Assembly (NCBI GenBank): GCA_012514635.1
Contig: JAAYZX010000122.1
Coordinates: 3,449 to 67,448 of the forward strand
Length of the DNA stretch: 64,000 nucleotides
Direction: 5' to 3'
DNA from: Actinomycetota bacterium
GTDB lineage: Bacteria; Actinomycetota; Thermoleophilia; RBG-16-64-13
Position numbers and translations under genes: made by a program. This document shows, piece by piece, positions 19,274-27,058 of this stretch. Numbering within the stretch: the first letter of the stretch is position 1; every line of letters starts with the position of its first letter. The notes under the pieces are model-generated. The model did not search any database. It saw nothing but the letters and a program-made list of their open reading frames with translations, and had not been told where the DNA came from.

Positions 19274-19765
19274 TCATTCCCTCATGTTGACGAACTGCAG
19301 TGGGACGTCGAGATCCGCATCGCGCACCAGAGCGATGACGCTCTGCAGGTCGTCGCGGTTCTTTCCGCTCACCCTAACCTCATCTCCCTGAATGGCTACC
19401 TGGACCCTGAGCTTGCTCCCCTTTATCATCTTCACCACCCGGCGGGCGGCATCCTCACTGAGACCGTTGGCGATACCAACCTCTTGTCGCACCATATCGC
19501 CCGCCGCCCGCTCACCTTTGCCAAAGGTGAAAGCCTTGGTGTCCACCCCCCGACGCACGGCCTTGCCGATAAGGAGCTCCTGCAGAGCCTGCAGCTTCAT
19601 TTCGTCTTCTGTTTGGATCCGCACTACTGCCAGCTTTCGATCCAACTCCAGCACCGTCTTGGATCCGCGGAAATCATAGCGGGTAGCCACCTCCTTCTTG
19701 ACCTGATTGATGGCGTTGTCCATCTCCTGCATGTCCACTCGACTCACTATGTCAAAAGACGGCAT
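19274..19765 (-). CDS. yajQ: YajQ family (UPF0234) nucleotide-binding protein
   Basis: MPSFDIVSRVDMQEMDNAINQVKKEVATRYDFRGSK, 163 aa, with a GGAGGAGGG SD. Confidence 0.85.
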   Translation of the reverse strand: MPSFDIVSRVDMQEMDNAINQVKKEVATRYDFRGSKTVLELDRKLAVVRIQTEDEMKLQALQELLIGKAVRRGVDTKAFTFGKGERAAGDMVRQEVGIANGLSEDAARRVVKMIKGSKLRVQVAIQGDEVRVSGKNRDDLQSVIALVRDADLDVPLQFVNMRE

Positions 19766-20078
19766 ATCCCTCCTCCTTCCCGCAGATCATGAAGCGTATC
19801 ACGCGCCGATCGCGACTCCCCCACGAGCATACAGGGCTGCGACATAGAACCGCGACCCCCGGGATGATTAAAGAAGAGCAACGAAGGGGGCAAGGCGACA
19901 GCCCCATCAGCACCGCTACGAAGGTCCGACAACTCCGGAGCAAGAGAGGCGGAGAGAGGCGGAGATGCGCGGAAACAGAAACACGGTGAAGCAAATGCCT
20001 ACGCCGTCGTATGAAGCCCCGCGTCACGGCGCGAAGCTCACACCGCCATACGAAACATCCCAGAAGCCGGCCTCCGGC

Positions 20079-20567
20079 TTATTCCTGAACCTTCACCAAC
20101 AACACCGGACACTTGGATGCATGGAGCACCTGCGTACTTACAGACCCCAGCGCCAATCCGGCGAGACCGCCCAATCCACGGTTACCGATCACGATTAAAC
20201 GGCAGGAGTCGGCAGCGTTGGCTTCCCTAATGATAGCTGCAGCCGGAGACGTGTCTTCCAGTAACTGTTCGTAGACGGTGGCGCGAGGATTGGTGAGTTT
20301 GGCTCGGATCCGATCAGCGGCTTCAGAGAGGAGAGTACGTGCCCGCTTGACGTCTTCATCCGACGACTCCGGTGAATATGGTGTTGTCTTTACGTACATA
20401 CGACGACGAGGTTGGATGACCGTAACCACCTCTATCTGGCAGTCCTCCAAGGAGTTGCAGATTAAGGCGGCCGTTTCCTCAGCGACCCGCGCAGGGGCGG
20501 AACCGTCGGTTGCAACCAAGATCTTGCTGCTCAGCATTGACACTCTCTCCCGATAGGCGGTATACAT
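20079..20567 (-). CDS. Universal stress protein (UspA family)
   Basis: USP fold with ILVATDGS at the N-terminus and GNRGLGGLAGLALGSVSTQVLHASKCPVLLV at the C-terminus. Confidence 0.8.
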   Translation of the reverse strand: MYTAYRERVSMLSSKILVATDGSAPARVAEETAALICNSLEDCQIEVVTVIQPRRRMYVKTTPYSPESSDEDVKRARTLLSEAADRIRAKLTNPRATVYEQLLEDTSPAAAIIREANAADSCRLIVIGNRGLGGLAGLALGSVSTQVLHASKCPVLLVKVQE

Positions 20568-20619
20568 GCTGCGGGCGGCCGGGCGCCTGCGCCCGGCCGC
20601 CCGCTCCTCTCGCAGAGTA

Positions 20620-21120
20620 TCAGTCGGCCTTCACAACGAGAACCGGGCCGTGCGAGCCGTGCAGCACTTGTGTACTCACCGAGCCCAAGGCGAGGCTACC
20701 AAAACCTCCCAGCCCACGGTTCCCCAGCACAATCAGGGTGCGGTCGCCCTTTTCGCGGGCCTTATCCACTATAGCCTGAGCCGGCGAGGGTGCTTCCAGC
20801 ACCTTGCCAACAACGGTTACCGAGTCCGATTTCACAATATTCTGGATCCTCTTGATGGCCGCATCCACCACCGCCTGAGCGTTCTTCTGCTCCTCCAGGC
20901 TGCACGCCAGATAGTCGAACTCCTTGATACGCACCACATTCTCTGAGACCAAGAATTCGGACATGCAGGTCAAGGGGATAACGTTCACAACCGTGATCTC
21001 CATCTGTCCCACAGCGTTCGCCAGATCCGCAGCCATGGCCTCAGCAGCCATCGCCGGATTGGACCCATCGGTGGGTACGAGAATGTTGCTCGGGATCATG
21101 GTCCTCCTTCCGTCCATCAA
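20620..21120 (-). CDS. Universal stress protein (UspA family), tandem paralog
   Basis: ILVPTDGS ... GNRGLGGFGSLALGSVSTQVLHGSHGPVLVV. Confidence 0.8.
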   Translation of the reverse strand: MMDGRRTMIPSNILVPTDGSNPAMAAEAMAADLANAVGQMEITVVNVIPLTCMSEFLVSENVVRIKEFDYLACSLEEQKNAQAVVDAAIKRIQNIVKSDSVTVVGKVLEAPSPAQAIVDKAREKGDRTLIVLGNRGLGGFGSLALGSVSTQVLHGSHGPVLVVKAD

Positions 21121-21317
21121 AGACAGTGCCGCCTATATGCCACCAGGTTTGTTCCCCAACCCGGGTTCTGCTAATCACTCGAACCGAACTGCGAGACGAC
21201 CGATACGATCTAAATAGGCCCTCACACCCGCCGCCTCGTGTCTCCCTCGGTACCGCCCGTCAATACCTAATGCCGATCCGGACGCCGATGGCGCAACTCC
21301 TTTCTCGGTGCACGAGC

Positions 21318-23291
21318 CTACGCATCCAACGCCACCACGCGATCCGTCAAACCATCCCACTCCTCGTAGAGCATGTGGAGCTCGTCCGCTACACGTTCAG
21401 CGTCCTCCAGCGCATCCACCAGCACCTGGTAGTCGGAGCTGTGAGCGGGACTGCTGAGAACAGCGGCGAGCTGCTCTTGGCGCTCTTCCAGCTCCACGAT
21501 ACGCTTCTCCACCTGACGATGGCGCCGCTGCAGCTCCTTGCGATCCTGATAGCTCAGACGAACAGGCTGATCGACACTTGGTGGGCTCTGCACCCCGGCG
21601 CCGGCAGCGGAGACTGCTCCCGCAGCCGCAGCGGTCTCCTCGTCGGTGTCGCTGCGCAATCTAGGACCGGTGGCGGATGTCGGTGTCGTCGCCCTGCCCT
21701 TCTTCCACTGATAGTACTCCCAATCACCCTGATAATGGATCAAATGGCCGTCCACCACCTCCACCACTTCGGTGGCGATGGCGTTAATGAGTCGCCGGTC
21801 GTGGCTGATGAAGACAATAGACCCCTCGAACTGACGAAGGGCCTCCATGAGTACTTCACGCGAAGCCATGTCCAGATGGTTGGTGGGCTCGTCGAGCAAC
21901 AGTAGGCCGGCCGGGTCGAGCAGCATCTGGGCCAGCGCCAACCGCGCCTTCTCTCCCCCCGACAGCACCGATACCTTCTTGTCCACATCATCTGCGTTAA
22001 ACAAAAAGGCGCCAAGATACGAGCGCGCGCGCGCCGCATCCCCGGCGCTGGAGACGGCCTGAATTGCCCGCAATACCGTGTGGTCTGGGTTCATAACCTC
22101 GGCTTGGTGCTGAGCATAGTACTCACGGCGTACCTGGTAGCCCAAACGCACCTCCCCGCCATCGGGCCGTTCCACGCCGGCCAGCATCTTGAGTAGAGTG
22201 GACTTGCCGGCCCCGTTGGAGCCCACCAAGGCAATTTTATGGCCCCGCTCGATCACTATATTGAGGTCCGAGTACACCACCAGATCCCCGTAGGCCTTAC
22301 GCACATGCGAAATTTCGGCTGTCACCCTCCCTGTGCGACCCGGCTGTGGAAAGCGGAAGTTGATGACGGGTCGATCGAGATTAGGAGCATCGATCCGTTC
22401 CATTTTCTCCAACTGCCGGATCTTCTGCTGCACTTGCTTAGCCTTGGTATTTTTGGCCCGGAAACGACGGATGAAGGCCTCGGCCTGCTCGATTTCGCGC
22501 TGCTGATTCTTGGCGGCGTTGGCCAACGCCTCATAACGTTGCCGCTTTTCGCGCTCGAAGTGATCGTAGTTGCCGGTGTAGAGATCCAGCGTGCCGCGAT
22601 CCAACTCCACTATGTCCGTAACCATACGATTGAGAAAGTAGCGATCATGACTGATAATCACCAGCGACCCCGGCCAAGCCATGAGAAACTCCTCCAGCCA
22701 GAGCAGACTTTCCAGATCGAGATGGTTGGTGGGCTCGTCGAGCAACAGCAGATCGGGCTGCTCCAGCAACAGGCGCGCCAGAGCCACGCGCATGCGCCAT
22801 CCACCGGACAGCTCTGCAATAGGTCGACTGAAGTCCCTGTCCTTGAAGCCTATGCCGCGCAACACTGCTTCGGCACGACTTTCGATCTCATATCCGCTCG
22901 ACATCTCAAAGGCCGTCTGCAGCTCAGCCATCTCCCGCAACAGCACCCTCGACTCCTCCGGCGAGGCCGCCGTCAGCCTCTCGCCGAGTGCATGCAGGCG
23001 TTGCTCCATATCCAGTACCTCTTGATACGAAGAGAGCACTTCCTCCATCACCGTGGAACCGGCTATCTCTTCGATCTCTTGGGGCAGGAAGCCGATACGC
23101 AGATCTTTGCGGCCGGAGATCTCGCCGGCATCCAGCGACAGCTCCCCGGCAATTAGACGGAGTAATGTGGTCTTGCCGGCACCATTAGGACCTACCAGCC
23201 CCAGGCGTACACCCGGCCTGATATGCAGCCCGGCATCCTCCAGGATGACCTGGTTCCCGAAAGACTTGGAGATGTCGGTGATATGCAACAT
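21318..23291 (-). CDS. ABC-F family ATPase (tandem ABC cassettes, no TM domain)
   Basis: Two Walker A motifs (GPNGAGKTTLL and GSNGAGKSTLL), two LSGGE signatures and a coiled linker; 657 aa. Confidence 0.9.
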   Translation of the reverse strand: MLHITDISKSFGNQVILEDAGLHIRPGVRLGLVGPNGAGKTTLLRLIAGELSLDAGEISGRKDLRIGFLPQEIEEIAGSTVMEEVLSSYQEVLDMEQRLHALGERLTAASPEESRVLLREMAELQTAFEMSSGYEIESRAEAVLRGIGFKDRDFSRPIAELSGGWRMRVALARLLLEQPDLLLLDEPTNHLDLESLLWLEEFLMAWPGSLVIISHDRYFLNRMVTDIVELDRGTLDLYTGNYDHFEREKRQRYEALANAAKNQQREIEQAEAFIRRFRAKNTKAKQVQQKIRQLEKMERIDAPNLDRPVINFRFPQPGRTGRVTAEISHVRKAYGDLVVYSDLNIVIERGHKIALVGSNGAGKSTLLKMLAGVERPDGGEVRLGYQVRREYYAQHQAEVMNPDHTVLRAIQAVSSAGDAARARSYLGAFLFNADDVDKKVSVLSGGEKARLALAQMLLDPAGLLLLDEPTNHLDMASREVLMEALRQFEGSIVFISHDRRLINAIATEVVEVVDGHLIHYQGDWEYYQWKKGRATTPTSATGPRLRSDTDEETAAAAGAVSAAGAGVQSPPSVDQPVRLSYQDRKELQRRHRQVEKRIVELEERQEQLAAVLSSPAHSSDYQVLVDALEDAERVADELHMLYEEWDGLTDRVVALDA

Positions 23292-23341
23292 AATCTAAGC
23301 GAAATATGTCCTGAGCGGCGCGGTGGGCACGATTGGCGCCG

Positions 23342-23717
23342 TCAGGCATCCACCGGTTCCACGCGCGCCTGAAAGGCACGCCAGGACGGAAACCCGGATA
23401 CAGGATCGTACGCGGGTGCCCCGTAATGCGTCAACACGTTGGCGTTGGCTTCTTCCCATCCGATGGGATGGAACCCTCCGCAAACATTGCGGCGCAATGG
23501 AGCCCAGAGCCGCTCGGGCGAGTTTTGTAGCTCCAGCAGCGCACGACCCTTTGGACAAACGAAGCCGCGCGTGTCCGGAGAAGCCGCGCGCGTCCGGATC
23601 ATGCTTGTGGCCGTATACGGCCGTCACACGACCTCCCACCACCTCCACTTCGAGACCGCAGTGGGCTTCACATAGCGGACAATTGCTGATAACCACACGA
23701 GTCTCCACGCTCGACAC
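23342..23717 (-). pseudogene. Remnant of a molybdopterin (bis-MGD) oxidoreductase gene, formate-dehydrogenase-like N-terminus only, frameshifted and truncated
   Basis: The N-terminal 4Fe-4S motif CPLCEAHCGL...VYGHKHDPD(A/T)RGF continues in another frame as VCPKGRALLELQNSPERLWAPLRR...GGFHPIGWEEA. That corresponds to the C.KG...RL..PL.R...ISWDEA signature. The reading frame stops about 125 codons in, immediately before the ABC-F gene, so roughly 600 or more codons are missing. Confidence 0.7.
23552..23589. repeat. 19-bp tandem duplication (2 copies, 17/19 identical) causing the frameshift in the oxidoreductase remnant
   Basis: aagccgcgcgtgtccggag / aagccgcgcgcgtccggat. Each copy encodes PD(T/A)RGF on the minus strand. 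Confidence 0.8.
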
Positions 23718-23721
23718 ACCT

Positions 23722-23738
23722 ATATGATTTCATCATAT
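23722..23738. promoter_or_regulatory. Palindrome ATATGAT-ttc-ATCATAT in the AT-rich region upstream of the oxidoreductase remnant; candidate operator
   Basis: Perfect 7-bp inverted arms with a 3-nt spacer, immediately 5' of the GTG start on the minus strand, inside an unusually AT-rich 40-nt stretch. Confidence 0.35.
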
Positions 23739-23960
23739 GTATCATTTTATTTTACCTCCCGCGAGTGACCACCTGTCAGAGGAACGCAACCACGCATGAG
23801 TGCTTGGCGGGAACCAGACCATGCCATCGTGTGACGAATGACTCTCTCCCGGCTTCTTACTCCCGCATAAATCAGCGCCCGCTCGGGTACACTGCGGGAG
23901 TACGGACTACGCACACGGCTCCACACTCCCGCCGCGGCCCGCCCTCAGGAGGATGGGAAG

Positions 23961-24845
23961 GTGACCCAAACACAGCTAATCATCGTCATCGTTATCGCAG
24001 TGGTGGTGATCGCTATCATTGTCACGCTGGTGGCCCTTCGCCTCCGCAAGAAACGCAGAATCGCAGCCATGGACCCTGAAGAACGCGAGCTGTACGAGGC
24101 CGAGCGCCACTACCGCGAGACAGTGGATAAGGCACGCAAGACACTGCAGGCCACTCAGCACAGTTGGGATCAGCGGGTCAAAGATGCGGAAGAATCGCTC
24201 AAGGAGGCACGCCGCATTGGGTATCGACCGTTGGGATCACTCGAGAAAGTTGATCTGTTTGAAGACCACCTGGAGACTCCCGACGGAGCATTTCAGTTGA
24301 GCGGTGGTCCCGTAACCGCAATCGTGGAGACGGCTGAGCAATTAACAGCCACCCGCCAGGATGCGCTCTCGCGGGCCGGCAAGGAGATCATGCGAGAGTT
24401 GTCCACGCAGGCAGGGGGTGAAGGACCCTCCACGCAATACCTCCTAATCGAGACGCCCATCTTTGTGACCGTCCGCCGTCTCCGTGACGGAGATGTAGTG
24501 AAGGCGCGCCAATTTGCCAGCAGTATCAATAGTGCGGCGGCATCTACGGATGAACTGGCCCTGCGGCGCCGGGAGGCCGCCGACGCAGCTCAGTCGAAGC
24601 TTGACCAGGTCAAAATGGACATGCAGGCTGCAGTGCAGGCAGCGCAGCAAGAGCTGGACCGGGTCAAGACCGACACCGAGCGATTGGATGCCGCCCGCCA
24701 AGCATACCAACACATCAAAGGGGTTGCGGCTACTACTGAGGGGCCGATCGCCGCACCCGCCGCCGAACCGGCTGCGCCCACAGAAGTCCCGAAAACACAT
24801 CCCGACGAGAAGGAAACGCACCCTGACGAGAAAGGGGCACAATGA
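23961..24845 (+). CDS. Membrane-anchored coiled-coil protein, hypothetical
   Basis: GTG start with an AGGAGGA SD. N-terminal TM segment LIIVIVIAVVVIAIIVTLVAL, followed by a charged alpha-helical region (ELYEAERHYRETVDKARK...). The C-terminus carries a tandem THPDEK repeat encoded by an 18-bp DNA repeat. Confidence 0.5.
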   Translation: MTQTQLIIVIVIAVVVIAIIVTLVALRLRKKRRIAAMDPEERELYEAERHYRETVDKARKTLQATQHSWDQRVKDAEESLKEARRIGYRPLGSLEKVDLFEDHLETPDGAFQLSGGPVTAIVETAEQLTATRQDALSRAGKEIMRELSTQAGGEGPSTQYLLIETPIFVTVRRLRDGDVVKARQFASSINSAAASTDELALRRREAADAAQSKLDQVKMDMQAAVQAAQQELDRVKTDTERLDAARQAYQHIKGVAATTEGPIAAPAAEPAAPTEVPKTHPDEKETHPDEKGAQ

Positions 24846-25642
24846 GAGGACGGTACATATGGGCCGTCGCCTTGGTTTTGGTGGGCCTGTGGCTGCTTCT
24901 AGGCAACATCGGGTGGCTACCTGGGGCCTCGTGGGGCATTTTCTGGTCACTGGTCCTGATCGTTGCCGGTGTGGTACTGATCCTGGAAGCCGCCCGCCGC
25001 GGTCGGCAGGTAGGCCCGGTCGATGACACCGTTCCCCTGGGGACGGCCGTACGCGGAAAACTCACCGTCAAGCACGGTGCCGGCCGGTTGGTGATCCAAG
25101 GTGTCGAGGGTCCCGGATACCTGGCATGGGGCACCTTCGGCGGGGGTGTTCATAAGACGATAAATACGATCGACGACGTTATCGAAGCCGAACTCAGCAT
25201 GGATGTAGGTGTCGTGGCTGATCGGGTGGCTTCCCTGAGTAAACGCAACAAAGCCTACGAGTGGAACGTGGCCGTAAACTCGGCGGTGCCGCTGGACCTG
25301 AATCTAGATACGGGTGTATCCGACCAACATCTCGACCTCTCGCGCACTCACATCACCAAGTTCAACCTCAACACCGGCGCCAGTTCCACGGTTCTGATCT
25401 TACCGAAAGCGGCGGGCTTCACAGAAGCACGGATTAACTCGGGAGCGGCGTCTGTCAAGATCACAGTCCCCCAAGGCGTCTCGCTCCGCGTGACGGGAGC
25501 CATGGGATTGGGCTCGCTCAAAGTGGATGAGAATCGCTTCCCCAAGACAACAGACGGCTACGAGTCCCCCGACTTCCAAACCGCGGCCAACCGTGTGTAC
25601 CTGACCATCGAAGGCGGAGTGGGATCGGTCGAGATCCGCTGA
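24842..25642 (+). CDS. LiaF-like membrane protein with C-terminal toastrack (DUF2154/DUF4097-like) beta domain
   Basis: Two N-terminal TM helices (WAVALVLVGLWLLLGNIGW and FWSLVLIVAGVVLIL), followed by a repetitive beta-rich region (DLNLDTGVSDQHLDL...KFNLNTGASSTVLIL...ITVPQGVSLRVT). It overlaps the upstream gene by 4 nt. Confidence 0.55.
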   Translation: MRGRYIWAVALVLVGLWLLLGNIGWLPGASWGIFWSLVLIVAGVVLILEAARRGRQVGPVDDTVPLGTAVRGKLTVKHGAGRLVIQGVEGPGYLAWGTFGGGVHKTINTIDDVIEAELSMDVGVVADRVASLSKRNKAYEWNVAVNSAVPLDLNLDTGVSDQHLDLSRTHITKFNLNTGASSTVLILPKAAGFTEARINSGAASVKITVPQGVSLRVTGAMGLGSLKVDENRFPKTTDGYESPDFQTAANRVYLTIEGGVGSVEIR

Positions 25643-25648
25643 CGGGCA

Positions 25649-26488
25649 GTGGTCGACAGATTCAAGAATCACGTGCCTAAGCAGGCGCAGGGACCCATTA
25701 TGCGCTGCCTGCCGGTGAAGCGCGCCGTGCGGAACCTGCCGGCAACACCGATCCTGCTGGCAATACTCGTCTGGAGCCTCGCCGGCCCCGTCTCTCCCGC
25801 TCTCGCCGCCGACGCGCTTTGGAGACTCACCCACGGAGACCAGGACGCCCTCGTCGTGGGAAAATTGATCGCGGTTGAAGAGGACGAGATCACGCTCGGT
25901 AGCGCCCGCAGCCTGGCCGGACTTCCCGTGACCGCAGAGATCTGCATCAAGACACCAAGGCCACCCACTTCCTGGCCACTCGACAGCGACCTCATTGCGT
26001 CCATCAACCACACCGGCTCCGATTTCGTAGAGCGGTGGGGCATCTTTCTTGCATCGTCAGACGATCCTGCGACGCTCACCATCCTCGACGGTCCCCTCGC
26101 ACACGGAGACCAAGCCGCCTTCCAACGCTACATCAACTCAGAAGGACGGGACAGCGAGTTCACCTTCATCGAGGGTAATGTGTGTGCGAGGAATGCCGAT
26201 GGGTCACTGGAGCTCATCTATTCCCTACCGAATACGCCCTCCCTCACTACACCCACGGAAGAGGCCGCATCCGGAGAACCTGTCCCTGGAGACGCCTCCT
26301 CCCAAGACGCCGCCCCGCAAGACACGCCGCCCGCCGGATGGAATCTAGGCTACCTGGCAGGCGCCGCTGCAGTATTGATTGTCATCCTCATACTCTTCCG
26401 CCTGCGTCCCCGACCACCCCGTCGCCCCACCGCGCGGCCACACTTTCCGGACTTCCCCCAGGACGAAAATGAGGAGGTTGATGTGTAG
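25649..26488 (+). CDS. Secreted / membrane-anchored protein, hypothetical (signal peptide, C-terminal TM, Pro-rich tail)
   Basis: A signal-peptide-like MRCLPVKRAVRNLPATPILLAILVWSLAGPVSPALAADA begins at internal Met 25700. There is a C-terminal hydrophobic anchor GYLAGAAAVLIVILILF followed by RPRPPRRPTARP. Confidence 0.5.
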   Translation: MVDRFKNHVPKQAQGPIMRCLPVKRAVRNLPATPILLAILVWSLAGPVSPALAADALWRLTHGDQDALVVGKLIAVEEDEITLGSARSLAGLPVTAEICIKTPRPPTSWPLDSDLIASINHTGSDFVERWGIFLASSDDPATLTILDGPLAHGDQAAFQRYINSEGRDSEFTFIEGNVCARNADGSLELIYSLPNTPSLTTPTEEAASGEPVPGDASSQDAAPQDTPPAGWNLGYLAGAAAVLIVILILFRLRPRPPRRPTARPHFPDFPQDENEEVDV

Positions 26489-27058
26489 TCAAGACCATGA
26501 ATCAATATCTTATTGCCACCCGCCACGAGGCGGTGCGCAGCCACGATGCGGTGCGCAGAATCGACAAAAGTGATGGTCGGACCACTCAAACAAAAACGAG
26601 CCCCGAGTGGACTCGCTTTTCATCTTTCATCGACTCTCCACTTGTGGACTGCTTCTCCGTACTGCCCGATGTTTTGCTTTCGGGTTTCCTCCACAGCCCT
26701 TCTTGTGTCGAGCCTCCAGATGATGCGTCTGAACTCTCGGGACTCTACTTCTATTCTACGTATTTCCAGCTATCTGTCAAGGCCCCTATTCGGCTATCCA
26801 CGACAAGAAAAGCCTGCATCTTGGGCAAAAGCTCGGCGGCCATCTGTACGCTGCGCGCGGACAACCGGCACCACCTCCGCGCCATGGTTGAAGGTCCGCA
26901 CCATGGTGAAGGGTTGTCAGGCGATCACACAACCGCCTTCTGCCGACTGCAGCCGGAGTTTGCCCGTGAAATGCGCGATGAGGCCGCGTGTATGCGATCA
27001 TGAAGGGTCCACGAACAACACGGGCCGCTGCGCCCTTTGGCCGGTAGGAAGGTGACAC

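Noticed and set aside
19793-20078. 285-nt intergenic region with tandem gagaggcgga x2 and a 7-bp hairpin overlapping the usp stop codon
   Set aside because: The repeat is only two copies of 10 nt, and the hairpin is weak. No structured-RNA signature was recognisable, so there is no convincing feature.
24796-24836. THPDEK-encoding 18-bp tandem repeat at the 3' end of the coiled-coil gene as a variable-number repeat locus
   Set aside because: It has only two copies inside a coding tail, with no evidence of variability. It is mentioned within the trio finding only.
26497-27055. 168-aa and 180-aa plus-strand ORFs in the 26.5-27.0 kb gap
   Set aside because: They have no recognisable family, odd composition and no RBS. 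The region was treated as noncoding and reported as a finding instead.
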